From assembly GCA_038279365.1 (NCBI GenBank), contig JAYODI010000027.1, positions 1-35,920 on the forward strand: a stretch of 35,920 nt of DNA. The letters are read 5' to 3'. The position numbers and the translations under genes are program-made. This stretch comes from Candidatus Latescibacterota bacterium (GTDB lineage Bacteria; Latescibacterota; UBA2968). Below are positions 26,900-35,920 of the stretch, one piece after another. The notes under the pieces were generated by a model. It was given only the letters and a program-made list of their open reading frames with translations, did not search any database and had not been told where the DNA came from. Numbering within the stretch: position 1 is the stretch's first letter; each line of letters starts with the position of its first letter.

Positions 26900-28582
26900 A
26901 TGTACGCTTACGAAGCCATCTTACACAACCAAACAGAACGTGTCAAAGCGGCTTATTCACGCCAAATCTTAGACACACAACACCCCGCATTTGGCGCATT
27001 TCTCTCAGAGCGCAGTGGTGCCCATCCCAATGCCGATCACACGTGCAATGCCTCAGACTTGGCCAGTGCGTGTTATGTTCTTTTAGCCGAAGGATCAACG
27101 CTTGAAAACAATGATGAATTGTTTGAACGCATCCAAAAATCCATTGCCTTTCAAAGAAAGTGGCAACGATCCACAGGCCTCATCGACCTCGTTTCGGTCA
27201 ACTGGGAATCGCCACCCGACACCGGTTTTGTCGTACAATTGTTCTCGCCCATAGTATCTATTGCCCGTCAAAGAGCACAAGCAGGCAACGACCAAGCACA
27301 AGAAATTGCAAATACATTGGGTGAATTTGTACGCAGTGCCGCCAATGGCATGATTGACCGAGGTTTCCATACCCCCAACCACCGTTGGGTTGTTTGCTCC
27401 GGCTTGTCACAAGCCATGGTCTTATATCCCGATCTGCCTGCCCGTGACTATGTCAATCGCATTTTGGCAGAAACCATTGACATCAATACCGACGGTGAAT
27501 TCACCGAACGATCAACGGGTGTTTACAATGCCGTATGTGATCGCTCACTGCGTTTTATGGCCGACAGCCTCAACAAGCCCGAACTGCTCGACGCCGTGCG
27601 CAAAAACCTCGACATTATGGCCCATCTTTTTCACGAAGATGGCACCGTGGTCACCTCCATTTCCAACCGCCAAGACCGTGGGTTGCGCGTCGTACCCGTA
27701 GGCATTGCCGATTCGTTTTACGACATGGCCCAACGCGATCAAAACGGTGTTTGGGCACAAGTGGCCGACAACTTGGCCGCCCAAGGCACCGACCAAGCAC
27801 ACAGCCCGTGGCTGATTCAACCTTTTATGCAAAATCCCAATTACCGCAACGACACATTGGTGCGTCACCCCTTGCCCAACAACTACGCACGTCACTACCC
27901 CATTTCGGGTCTTTGGCGCGTCAAACGCAACAAACTATCGGCCACGGCGGCCACAAACAACCGCACTGCTTTTTCAGTACGCTATGGCAACATCAATTTA
28001 CGTGCCGTCAAATATTCGGGCACCTATATGAACACTTCCAATTTGCAAGCAGACTACATGGAAGCCATTAAAGGCGGTATTCGCCTCACACAAAAAGGCG
28101 CAAACCATCGCACACCTGGTTATGAACTGCCACTCAATAAGGAAGTTCCTCTTGGACAATTTGGCACCGTGCGTAACACACGTGAGCGTTGGACATGTCC
28201 CGAAATAGACCTCACATTGGATATTGTTGAAGTCGAAAAAGGGTTTGATCTCCACTACACCACACAGGGTGGACTGGATCGTGTGCCCATTGAAATAGAA
28301 TGTACGTTTGAAGGCCCAGGCGAATGGGAAACCCAAGACAATGTTTTACAAGTCGACAACGGGCAAAGTGCCATTCTCAAATCGGGTTACGGCACCTTTC
28401 ACTCTGGCACCGAAGGCATTACCATAGGTCCAGGTGCGGGCATTCACAGACATTGGGACATGCGCAACTCTGAACCCGATAAAGAAAGCTTTCGCGTACT
28501 CATTACGCTACAAACGCCCGTTGATCACACCCTCAAAATTCGCTATGGCACGTGGTCACTCTCAGCTCAACAACTGATCTGA
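26900..28582 (+). CDS. Conserved hypothetical protein, probable alpha/alpha-toroid plus beta domain (lyase/heparinase-like architecture)
   Basis: 560-aa ORF with AAGGAG SD; 'SPPDTGF', 'GFHTPNHRWV', 'DGEFTERSTGVYN', 'SNRQD' look like conserved motifs. Fold is inferred. Confidence 0.6.
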   Translation: MYAYEAILHNQTERVKAAYSRQILDTQHPAFGAFLSERSGAHPNADHTCNASDLASACYVLLAEGSTLENNDELFERIQKSIAFQRKWQRSTGLIDLVSVNWESPPDTGFVVQLFSPIVSIARQRAQAGNDQAQEIANTLGEFVRSAANGMIDRGFHTPNHRWVVCSGLSQAMVLYPDLPARDYVNRILAETIDINTDGEFTERSTGVYNAVCDRSLRFMADSLNKPELLDAVRKNLDIMAHLFHEDGTVVTSISNRQDRGLRVVPVGIADSFYDMAQRDQNGVWAQVADNLAAQGTDQAHSPWLIQPFMQNPNYRNDTLVRHPLPNNYARHYPISGLWRVKRNKLSATAATNNRTAFSVRYGNINLRAVKYSGTYMNTSNLQADYMEAIKGGIRLTQKGANHRTPGYELPLNKEVPLGQFGTVRNTRERWTCPEIDLTLDIVEVEKGFDLHYTTQGGLDRVPIEIECTFEGPGEWETQDNVLQVDNGQSAILKSGYGTFHSGTEGITIGPGAGIHRHWDMRNSEPDKESFRVLITLQTPVDHTLKIRYGTWSLSAQQLI

Positions 28583-28601
28583 GAAATTGCAAAACAACGC
28601 T

Positions 28602-28862
28602 GTAATTGCCCGATCAACCGCGCCGGAATAAATTCCAGCGCTACATAAGAAAAGTCCTACGGACTAAAACCGTAGAACCACACCGAATGCTTAAACATGA
28701 TTGTGGTTCATTTTAACGAAGGTAATTGCCCCATCAACCGCACCGGAATAAATGAGCTTCGCTGAACTTGCGTTTCCAGCGCTACATAAGAAAAGTCCTA
28801 CGGACTAAAACCGTAGAACCACACCGAATGCTTAAACATGATTGTGGTTCATTTTAACGAAG
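28602..28862. repeat. Tandem duplication (120 nt + 141 nt) containing a GTAG-type REP-like palindrome
   Basis: 28602-28721 and 28722-28862 are near-identical; copy 2 has a 21-nt insert; minus strand reads GTAGCGCTGGAATTTATTCCGGCGC. Confidence 0.9.
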
Positions 28863-28871
28863 GAGTATGTG

Positions 28872-29663
28872 ATGCATCCATTCAACACACTCAATGTACC
28901 CGAAAACAAAGTGGGCATCCACTGGTTTGGGCAATCTACATTTGCCCTCAAACACCCCAATGGCACGGTTGTGCAAATTGATCCGTATTATCCACGAGAA
29001 AGACCGCCCGAAAGGTTCATGCATGCCGAACCACCTTTAGATGAAAGCACACTTAAAACCGACTTTGTGTTGCTCACCCATAACCATGGGGATCACACCT
29101 GCATCGAATCACTTTTGCGCATTCACCAAGCTTTTCCCCAATGTCGCTACATTGGCCCGCCCGAAAGTGTGGCCAATATGATCGAAAACGGCATTCCGGA
29201 ATCACTCATCAAAGAAATTACCGCACAAGACGTGGCCACACTTGGCCCAATGACCGCACACGTCGTTTGGGCAAAACCGCCACAAGGTGCGCCCGATGAC
29301 GGCATCAAACCACCCGATGTACAACACCTCGGTTTTGTGATTGAAGTGGGCACGGTCCGCGTTTACATCTCAGGCGACCCCATCAACACCTTCTCCAAAT
29401 ACGAACAACTCATTCGCCCCATTGCCGACTTGCAACCCGACATCGGTTTTTTGACCAACCACCCCACCGAAGGTGAATTCCCTTTTTTTGATGGCTCAGT
29501 TGATATGGCCCTTAAACTTGGCCTCAGTGCCGTGGTGCCCACACACTATCAATGTTTTGTAAAACGCAACTACGACCCACAAGAATGGGCCGCTCATTTT
29601 CCCGAAGACGGCCCAGAAACCATTATCATTCCCTACAATGAAGCCATTGTCTACCCTGCTTGA
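28872..29663 (+). CDS. Metallo-beta-lactamase-fold hydrolase (UlaG-like)
   Basis: 'HWFGQSTF', 'IDPY', 'THNHGDH', 'YISGD', 'VPTHY'; AAGGAG SD. Confidence 0.88.
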   Translation: MHPFNTLNVPENKVGIHWFGQSTFALKHPNGTVVQIDPYYPRERPPERFMHAEPPLDESTLKTDFVLLTHNHGDHTCIESLLRIHQAFPQCRYIGPPESVANMIENGIPESLIKEITAQDVATLGPMTAHVVWAKPPQGAPDDGIKPPDVQHLGFVIEVGTVRVYISGDPINTFSKYEQLIRPIADLQPDIGFLTNHPTEGEFPFFDGSVDMALKLGLSAVVPTHYQCFVKRNYDPQEWAAHFPEDGPETIIIPYNEAIVYPA

Positions 29664-30495
29664 TGCGACCAGAAATGCTATTTTGTTCTTTGTGGTTTGT
29701 ATGGGATGCAGTATTCCCACCAACCCACAAAGCCCAAACATCAGCCCGCAGGCAGAAGCCATTGTCTTTTTTAACGACATGGAAAACCCACCCGTGGGTG
29801 TGTACACCATTCGCCAGTTCCTCACCGACTGGAATGGTTCTCCTTGGGAATTGGGTATAGCCAATGGCCATGTAGACATTGTCGAAGGACCAGAAGCCTA
29901 TCGAGGGAAATCACTACGGGTCTTATATCTCAAAGACAAAGCCAACTATGGCAAAAGTGGCGCAAGTTGGCTCATTCCTCTCAAAAAAACCTATGAAGAA
30001 ATATACTGTGCTTATCGCATCAAATTTGCACCTGATTTTGACTTTGCCCAAGGTGGCAAATTGCCTGGACTCATAGGTGGTGCGGGCAACACCAGCGGAC
30101 ACAAACCCACAGGATCAGACGGTTGGAGTGCCCGTATGATCTGGACAGAAAAAGGCAATATTGCCCAACATGTTTATCATCCCGACCAATCGGATTTTTA
30201 CGGTGATGTGTTTCCTTGGCATAGCCCTTTTGCCCCCAACACTTGGCACCAAGTGGAACACCGCATTGTGATGAACACACCCGGCCAAAACAATGGCATT
30301 TTGCAAACGTGGCTTGACGGTATTTTGGCCTTAGATATACACACATTGCGTTATCGCGATGTAGATACTCTGGGCATAGACACTTTTTATTTTACCACCT
30401 TCTTTGGCGACGATGGTCCCTCATTAGGACCATCCAAAAATGAAACCATCACCTTTGACAACCTCATGATCGCCACTGCACCCATTACCCATTAA
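29638..30495 (+). CDS. Polysaccharide lyase family 14-like protein, probable lipoprotein
   Basis: 'FDFAQGGKLPGL', 'GWSARMIW', 'YHPDQ', 'MNTPGQNNG', 'FTTFFG'; hydrophobic N-terminus ending in 'CMGC'. Confidence 0.78.
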   Translation: MKPLSTLLDATRNAILFFVVCMGCSIPTNPQSPNISPQAEAIVFFNDMENPPVGVYTIRQFLTDWNGSPWELGIANGHVDIVEGPEAYRGKSLRVLYLKDKANYGKSGASWLIPLKKTYEEIYCAYRIKFAPDFDFAQGGKLPGLIGGAGNTSGHKPTGSDGWSARMIWTEKGNIAQHVYHPDQSDFYGDVFPWHSPFAPNTWHQVEHRIVMNTPGQNNGILQTWLDGILALDIHTLRYRDVDTLGIDTFYFTTFFGDDGPSLGPSKNETITFDNLMIATAPITH

Positions 30496-30505
30496 GGTTA
30501 TTTTT

Positions 30506-33046
30506 ATGTCTCGTATCTTCATCACACTTTGTCTGTTGTTTTTTCTTTGGAGCAACGCCATGTCACAAACCATCCACATCGGCGCATCATCATTGTTACC
30601 CGACGACCCCACCACCCATTACAGCCGTGCCGTCAACTTTGCGCCTGGAGACGGTGAAATCGTAGACCTCAATCCCCCGCGATTTCGATGGCGATATCAT
30701 CCCACGCAACCTGGCGAGGGCGGTAATTACACATTCTCATTCCAAATTGCAACCGACGCCCACTTCCAAAACCTCATTCACAACATAGACACCCCATTCA
30801 ACTTCTACAACACCCTTGCCTCCTTTGATGGCGCAGGGCCCTATTACTGGCGCATTGGTTACAAAGAAGAAAACGCAGACACAATCGTCCACTGGAGTGA
30901 CAGTCGCACCTTCACCATTTCGCCCGATGCACAAGTATGGGATCGCGCGTCCATGGCCCATCCAGATTTCAGCAATGTGGGTCACCCACGCCTGCTCTTC
31001 ACACAAGAAACGCTGCCCAAACTCCGAGAAATCACCCAAACCAACGAAGACTCAAAAAACATCTTTGCCCGCATGCAACGCGAAGCAGACGAAATCGTTC
31101 AATCCACTTGGTGGCAAAATGGCTTGCCCACAACAGACCACGAGCCTGCGCCTGAAAAATATTATCACATAGCAGGCAAACTCGTTCAGGTTGCATTTGT
31201 CTACACCCTCACACAAGATGAAAAATATAATCGCGTCAAAGAACACGCCCTCACCTTTGCGCGCTATCCCAAAGGGGGTTTGGCTTCCCCCGAAGGCGCA
31301 GGCGGTGAAAAAGACGCCAATGAAGATGCCACACAAGCCACCGAATTCCTCGCCCTCCTTTACGACTGGCTTTATCCCAAACTCACCGAACAAGAACGTG
31401 CCGACTTTGTTCACAGCCTCGACTGGCGCATTGAAAGTTTTGTCTACGACTTTGCGTGGAAACGCAACCACAACGGCACACGCCCCGCTTATGTTCATGG
31501 GAGTTCACTCTCTGTCATAGGGGCCAGTCACGCCTTTGAAGGCTTCTTCGATACCTTTCCCGCAGCATTGGCCATTTATGAACATTCTCAAAATGCCCGA
31601 GAAGCCTTTCACTTGGGCATCAACTTTATGGCCGGTGTCGGATCGGCCCACGGTTTTAGCGAAGGCTGGAATGAAGGCCCCGGTTATGGCAATTCCAAAT
31701 GGGCTTGGCAAGTCAATGCAATGAGCTATCTCGACAGCCTCTTTCCCGAATACGGTGTGGGTCAAAACCCCTGGATTACGCGCACAGGCGCATTCATGCG
31801 TTTGCAAACCCCAGTAGGCATCCAACGTGCACCTTGGGGGCACGGCTCCAACAACACCCGTTATTATGAAAGCGGACATCGCCGTGCCTATCGCAAACTC
31901 GCCTTTCTCACAAACGATGGTCGTTTTTTGGCCAACTGGCAAGCTTATGGATGGACCACAACAGGCTCAATGGATCGCCCCTGGATTGAGTGCACACTGC
32001 CCCTTTGGCGAGAAAAACCCACGCCCATTGTAGAAGAAAATCACGTAAGAGCCTTTCCGCGCTCTGGCTGGGTAATGGCCATGTCTGGGCCACCCAACGA
32101 TCCCAACACCTACCAAAATGGCCTCGGTATCATCTTTGCCGCACGTCCACGCGGAGGCTACAGCCACTCACTGGCCTGTGACAACAGCTTTCACATCTTC
32201 GGCTACGGCCACGACCTGTCTCACGCAGGAGGCGCCACGCCTTATGGAGATGCGTGTTCCTATCACTCGATGAGTCACAACACCATTCTTGTAGATGGCC
32301 TCGGTCAATTTCAAGGTCGCTCAGCCCAATCGGCCCCAGTCATAGCGCGCCTCATTGCCTTTCAACAATCAGACACCGTTACCTACTGGTGTGGAGATGC
32401 CACATTGGCCTATCCACGTACCCCTGGCGAGGTCAAACACTGGTGGGGCGGTTTGGACGATATTTACAAAACACGCGACGTTAGCCACCTCACACGCTTC
32501 AACCGTCACGTGCTCTTTGTGCGTAACAAATACTTTGTGATGCTCGACGACCTCGAAGCCACAAAACCCACCCAATTTACCTGGTTATATCACATTCAGC
32601 CCGAAGGCCCCTTTAATCTCAACGCACACAGTGGGTCTTTTACCTACCAGCTTGACAGCGTGAAGGTAGATGTGGTTCACTTACTCGGCACAGGCCAGCT
32701 TGACATCCACGACATGCAAGGTGCCGATGGCCTTAAAAACCCACTCACCGGTGAAGATTATACCAGCGACTGGAAAAAACGCGAAGGAGACAAACCCTTC
32801 ACGGTCGCGCACAGTCTCTTTGTAACCAACAAAAAACCACAAACCCATTGGCGTTTTCTAAGCGTTATTCTCCCCGCCCCATTGGGAACGTCTACCCAGC
32901 CCAAAATAGAACGCCTAGACGACCTCACCATCAAAGTGACCGCCTTTGGGCAAACCGACATCATCAGCTTTGATCCCAACAACAAACACAATGCCACCAT
33001 CGCCATCGACTTACCCACCATTGCCAAAACGGGGCTTCACAAGTAG
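30506..33046 (+). CDS. Secreted DUF4962/heparinase II/III-like protein (putative lyase)
   Basis: Signal peptide; 'NPPRFRW', 'YYWR', 'HPRLLF', 'WNEGPGYG', 'SHSLACDNSF', 'SHNTILVDG', 'RHVLFV', 'FTWLYH'. Confidence 0.78.
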   Translation: MSRIFITLCLLFFLWSNAMSQTIHIGASSLLPDDPTTHYSRAVNFAPGDGEIVDLNPPRFRWRYHPTQPGEGGNYTFSFQIATDAHFQNLIHNIDTPFNFYNTLASFDGAGPYYWRIGYKEENADTIVHWSDSRTFTISPDAQVWDRASMAHPDFSNVGHPRLLFTQETLPKLREITQTNEDSKNIFARMQREADEIVQSTWWQNGLPTTDHEPAPEKYYHIAGKLVQVAFVYTLTQDEKYNRVKEHALTFARYPKGGLASPEGAGGEKDANEDATQATEFLALLYDWLYPKLTEQERADFVHSLDWRIESFVYDFAWKRNHNGTRPAYVHGSSLSVIGASHAFEGFFDTFPAALAIYEHSQNAREAFHLGINFMAGVGSAHGFSEGWNEGPGYGNSKWAWQVNAMSYLDSLFPEYGVGQNPWITRTGAFMRLQTPVGIQRAPWGHGSNNTRYYESGHRRAYRKLAFLTNDGRFLANWQAYGWTTTGSMDRPWIECTLPLWREKPTPIVEENHVRAFPRSGWVMAMSGPPNDPNTYQNGLGIIFAARPRGGYSHSLACDNSFHIFGYGHDLSHAGGATPYGDACSYHSMSHNTILVDGLGQFQGRSAQSAPVIARLIAFQQSDTVTYWCGDATLAYPRTPGEVKHWWGGLDDIYKTRDVSHLTRFNRHVLFVRNKYFVMLDDLEATKPTQFTWLYHIQPEGPFNLNAHSGSFTYQLDSVKVDVVHLLGTGQLDIHDMQGADGLKNPLTGEDYTSDWKKREGDKPFTVAHSLFVTNKKPQTHWRFLSVILPAPLGTSTQPKIERLDDLTIKVTAFGQTDIISFDPNNKHNATIAIDLPTIAKTGLHK

Positions 33047-33095
33047 CTTTACCCTTTCATAAAGATCTCAATCATCCACACAGAAAGTGAGCATC

Positions 33096-33773
33096 ATGTC
33101 TAAACCTTCATACCATGCCGTCATATTTGACATGGACGGCCTTATTGTTGACACCGAAAATATTTACTACAATGCCTACAACCAAACCCTCAACGACTTA
33201 GGCGTCAACATCCCCCGCGAAGGTTACGTACGCTGTGTGGGCCATCCTGTTGAAGACAACAGTGTAGATGCCGTCAAATTGTATAACCTATCCATTCGCC
33301 CAGAAGACTTTCTCGAATCGTGGATGAAACGGTTTGAAAGCGCCATTGAAGACCCAAAGCAAATTGAACTCATGCCTGGTTTTCTCGACTTGCTTGCCCA
33401 TTTGCGCCACAAAAACTTTAAACTCGGTATCGCCTCATCCACCCCCCGTCACAGAATGCAAACCACCCTTAAAAATGGCGTCTTACCTCACTTAGGAGTC
33501 ACGTCCATTAACGAAATATTTAGCGCTATTTACTCTGGCAGTGATGTCACAAACACCAAACCCGACCCTGAAATCTATCTCAAAGCCGCAGCAAAGTTAG
33601 ACGTCGCCCCCAAACACTGCATGGTTTTTGAAGACAGTGTTGCAGGCATCCAATCGGCAAAAGCTGCTGGCATGACCGCCATTGCCGTGCCCAATTTTTT
33701 TACATCTCATCACGATCATAGTGCAGCGGATCGCATACTCAAATCGCTTGCAGAAGCCATACCATTGTTATAA
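33096..33773 (+). CDS. HAD-superfamily hydrolase (beta-PGM/CbbY-like)
   Basis: 'VIFDMDGLIVDTE', 'IASS', 'KPDPEIY', 'VFEDS..GIQSAKAAGM'. Start 33087 or 33096. Confidence 0.92.
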   Translation: MSKPSYHAVIFDMDGLIVDTENIYYNAYNQTLNDLGVNIPREGYVRCVGHPVEDNSVDAVKLYNLSIRPEDFLESWMKRFESAIEDPKQIELMPGFLDLLAHLRHKNFKLGIASSTPRHRMQTTLKNGVLPHLGVTSINEIFSAIYSGSDVTNTKPDPEIYLKAAAKLDVAPKHCMVFEDSVAGIQSAKAAGMTAIAVPNFFTSHHDHSAADRILKSLAEAIPLL

Positions 33774-33793
33774 GCTCACGGAAGCACACCAAT

Positions 33794-33826
33794 AAAAAAG
33801 CTCTGCTGATACCAGCAGAGCTTTTT
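33794..33826. terminator. Bidirectional intrinsic terminator
   Basis: A6-GCTCTGCTG-atac-CAGCAGAGC-T5 between convergent genes. Confidence 0.9.
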
Positions 33827-33853
33827 GGTTTATGAATCCGTTTCAAAACAATA

Positions 33854-34471
33854 TCAAATCCAAAGATCGAGTGGTGCGTGTTTAATTAAAGCACGCAAAA
33901 TATCGCTTCGAGTAATCATCCCCACAACCAGCTCTTCATCATCTACAATGGGCATACATCCAATGCGCTCTTCAAACAAAACCCGCGCCACTTCCCGAAT
34001 ATTTGTATCGGGCGTAGCAGTAAGAACGCCCTTTGTCATAATATCTGCCACAATACTGGGTTCGAGAGATTCTTGGGTATCATCCATTTGTGACAATGCA
34101 AAGAGGTCGCGATCAGAAACAACGCCCAATATCTTCCCATCTTGCCCCACCACAGGCACATGCCGAAACCGTCGCTCTTTCACAAGTTGCCGTGCCTTAT
34201 TCAAACTTGTATCAGGTTTCACACTGACCACAGGAGAACTCATAATTTGTTCTGCCCGAACAGCCAATTTGGGTTTGCTGGGTTGTTTTTTTTGCTGTTT
34301 ATAGGCCGAAATCGCTTCGGCAGTTTCAAAATCATCTGCCTCAAAATGATTAACAGCTCGTTTAGATGTCTCCATCTGGGTGCGCACATGCACACTGCGT
34401 CGTGTCGGATCTATCGGCTTAACCGAGTTATCACTGCTCATATTGTCCGGATGATAGCGCCAAAATGGCAT
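33854..34471 (-). CDS. CBS-pair domain protein (AcuB-like) with an N-terminal extension
   Basis: 'IMSSPVVSV', 'FRHVPVV', 'GVVSDRD', 'IGCMPIVD', 'GMITRSDIL'; AGGAGG SD. Confidence 0.88.
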   Translation of the reverse strand: MPFWRYHPDNMSSDNSVKPIDPTRRSVHVRTQMETSKRAVNHFEADDFETAEAISAYKQQKKQPSKPKLAVRAEQIMSSPVVSVKPDTSLNKARQLVKERRFRHVPVVGQDGKILGVVSDRDLFALSQMDDTQESLEPSIVADIMTKGVLTATPDTNIREVARVLFEERIGCMPIVDDEELVVGMITRSDILRALIKHAPLDLWI

Positions 34472-34679
34472 GTTAACCTCCTACCCCTTGCAAACAACAG
34501 CTTTGTACTTTCAAAAAATTCAGGTGATTACAAATCACTCAAATTAAAAATACACGATTTTGATCACAATCGCTATGGCACAGAATAACCCATCAGATAT
34601 AAATTTATGTTTTTGTAAACAAAAAAACTGTCCCGAGTACATTCGAATAATAATTACAATAGCCATTACACCCGTCAAC

Positions 34680-34714
34680 AAAAACGGGCAGATCATATAA
34701 TGACCTGCCCGTTT
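34680..34714 (-). terminator. Intrinsic terminator after the enolase-superfamily gene
   Basis: Minus strand AAACGGGCAGGTCA-ttata-TGATCTGCCCGTTTTT. Confidence 0.85.
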
Positions 34715-34720
34715 AATGCC

Positions 34721-35860
34721 CTATAAATACGCCGTCGACCCATCGGGTTTCATCACTGCTTTGCGTTCCCAATGAATATATTCATCTTTGCTAATTGCTT
34801 CTTCGTCTACTTCTACCCCATACCCTATGCGATCTGGGCGCAAATCCAAATAGCCATCCTTTGGAATATACGGATCATCTAACCAATGTCTGCTGCCCTC
34901 GGGCAGGTTGTATTCTAAAATCTCAAAGTTGGCCGTAGCAGCACAAAAATGTACGTTTACTGCCGTGGCCAAAGGCCCCATCGGGTTGTGAGGAGCCACA
35001 TTCACATAATGCGCTTCGGCAATGGCCGCAATCTTGCGCATTTCTAATAAGCCCCCACAGGCGCAAATGTCGGGCTGAATAATGTCTGCCCCATCTTTTG
35101 ACAACAAGTCCAAAAACTCAAAACGTGTGTAAAGAGATTCACCCGTAGCAAGCGGCACCGTCATTTGTGACCGCAACTTAGCCCACGCATCACTGTTCTC
35201 CGGGCGCAACGGTTCTTCGTAAAACAACGGGTCATAAGGTGCAAGCGCATCGGCCAATTGCAATGCCCTTATCGGAGAAAAAATCTTGGCGTGGGGGTCA
35301 AAAGCCACTTCCCAATCGTCGGGGGTATGGGCCCGAAAATCTTCAAAGTATTTGGCGGCTGCCGCACACACACGCCCCCACCGATTGGAATTGGGCTCCA
35401 ACAAAAATGGCGAAGCCTTAAAGGCCGTAAATCCATATTCTTCATTTAACTGCTTGGCTTGCTCTGCGGCCTCTTTGCCATCTTTGCCACGAATAGACCG
35501 ATAAACACGTACTCGATCTCTCACATTGCCCCCCAAAAGCTTATACACGGGCAACCCCGCAGCACGCCCACTTAAATCCCACAAAGCATGATCCAAAGCC
35601 GACATTGCCGCCAAGCCCAAAGCCCCCGGTGGAAAACGCATTTGTTGAAACAACTTCAACATAATGTATTCAATGCGCGTTGGATCATCTCCCTTGATCA
35701 ATTCAAAGATGTAATCAATCACAGGTGGAATGGCCAAATCTGGCCCATGGTTATACACCTCGCCCCACCCATAGACACCTTCATCCGTCTCCACTTTGAG
35801 CAACACACGTGGTCGGTTTCGGTCTCGTGTCATGACAGATTTGAGTCCTATAATTTTCAT
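34721..35860 (-). CDS. Mandelate racemase/muconate lactonizing family enzyme (galactonate dehydratase-like)
   Basis: 'VETDEGVYGWGE', 'SALDHALWDL', 'LPVYKLLGG', metal ligands D/E/E ('FDPH', 'EEP', 'TGE'), 'APHNPMGP'; AAGGAG SD. Confidence 0.9.
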   Translation of the reverse strand: MKIIGLKSVMTRDRNRPRVLLKVETDEGVYGWGEVYNHGPDLAIPPVIDYIFELIKGDDPTRIEYIMLKLFQQMRFPPGALGLAAMSALDHALWDLSGRAAGLPVYKLLGGNVRDRVRVYRSIRGKDGKEAAEQAKQLNEEYGFTAFKASPFLLEPNSNRWGRVCAAAAKYFEDFRAHTPDDWEVAFDPHAKIFSPIRALQLADALAPYDPLFYEEPLRPENSDAWAKLRSQMTVPLATGESLYTRFEFLDLLSKDGADIIQPDICACGGLLEMRKIAAIAEAHYVNVAPHNPMGPLATAVNVHFCAATANFEILEYNLPEGSRHWLDDPYIPKDGYLDLRPDRIGYGVEVDEEAISKDEYIHWERKAVMKPDGSTAYL

Positions 35861-35900
35861 AAGAAGCTCCTTTTATGAATCAGAAAATTGGGAGGGACAA

Positions 35901-35920
35901 CGAAAATGCGAAAATGCGAA
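35901..35920. repeat. Start of an octamer tandem repeat (CGAAAATG)n, cut by the window edge
   Basis: CGAAAATG CGAAAATG CGAA. Confidence 0.6.

Noticed and set aside
26683-27105. 140-aa plus-strand ORF
   Set aside because: Starts within the heptamer repeat, overlaps the SD-supported 26900 gene in another frame, and has no motifs.
28602-28862. CRISPR array
   Set aside because: Only two units of 120-141 nt, no unique spacers, and no cas genes in the window.
28872-29663. Antibiotic-resistance metallo-beta-lactamase
   Set aside because: No signal peptide, and the motifs fit UlaG-like cytoplasmic hydrolases.
34472-34679. ncRNA in the AT-rich gap before the CBS gene
   Set aside because: No stable or recognisable structure seen; consistent with a promoter region.

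Overview
Bacterial chromosomal window of moderate GC (about 45% by eye) with no rRNA, tRNA, CRISPR array or transposase that I can see. Left end: a HAMP sensor kinase and single-domain receiver, then a stand-alone sigma70 region-4 type HTH gene behind a long structured leader with a hidden 23-codon ORF. A long minus-strand run follows (in transcription order): queE, Gfo/Idh/MocA oxidoreductase, atypical tgt, ArmA/Rmt-family 16S m7G1405 methyltransferase, thrS-infC-rpmI-rplT, zapB-like, zapA, rny, ymdB, xseA, xseB, nadK, recN, mqnE-mqnC-mqnA (futalosine pathway), GT2, CNNM/CBS protein, heparinase II/III-like, Gfo/Idh/MocA, TMEM14. Right end: a plus-strand cluster of a conserved hypothetical protein, MBL hydrolase, PL14-like lyase, DUF4962/heparinase II/III-like protein and HAD hydrolase, then a CBS protein and an enolase-superfamily dehydratase on the minus strand. 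The most unusual element is the tightly coupled oxidoreductase-tgt-rmt cassette behind queE, whose TGT has a remodelled base-binding pocket. Other notable signals are a tRNA-Thr anticodon-mimic hairpin before thrS, an AUC start for infC, a tandem REP-containing duplication and several inverted 7-8-mer repeat elements. Gene content is reminiscent of Candidatus Latescibacterota or related FCB-group bacteria, which is a low-confidence inference. All family calls come from motif recognition by eye; no searches were run.
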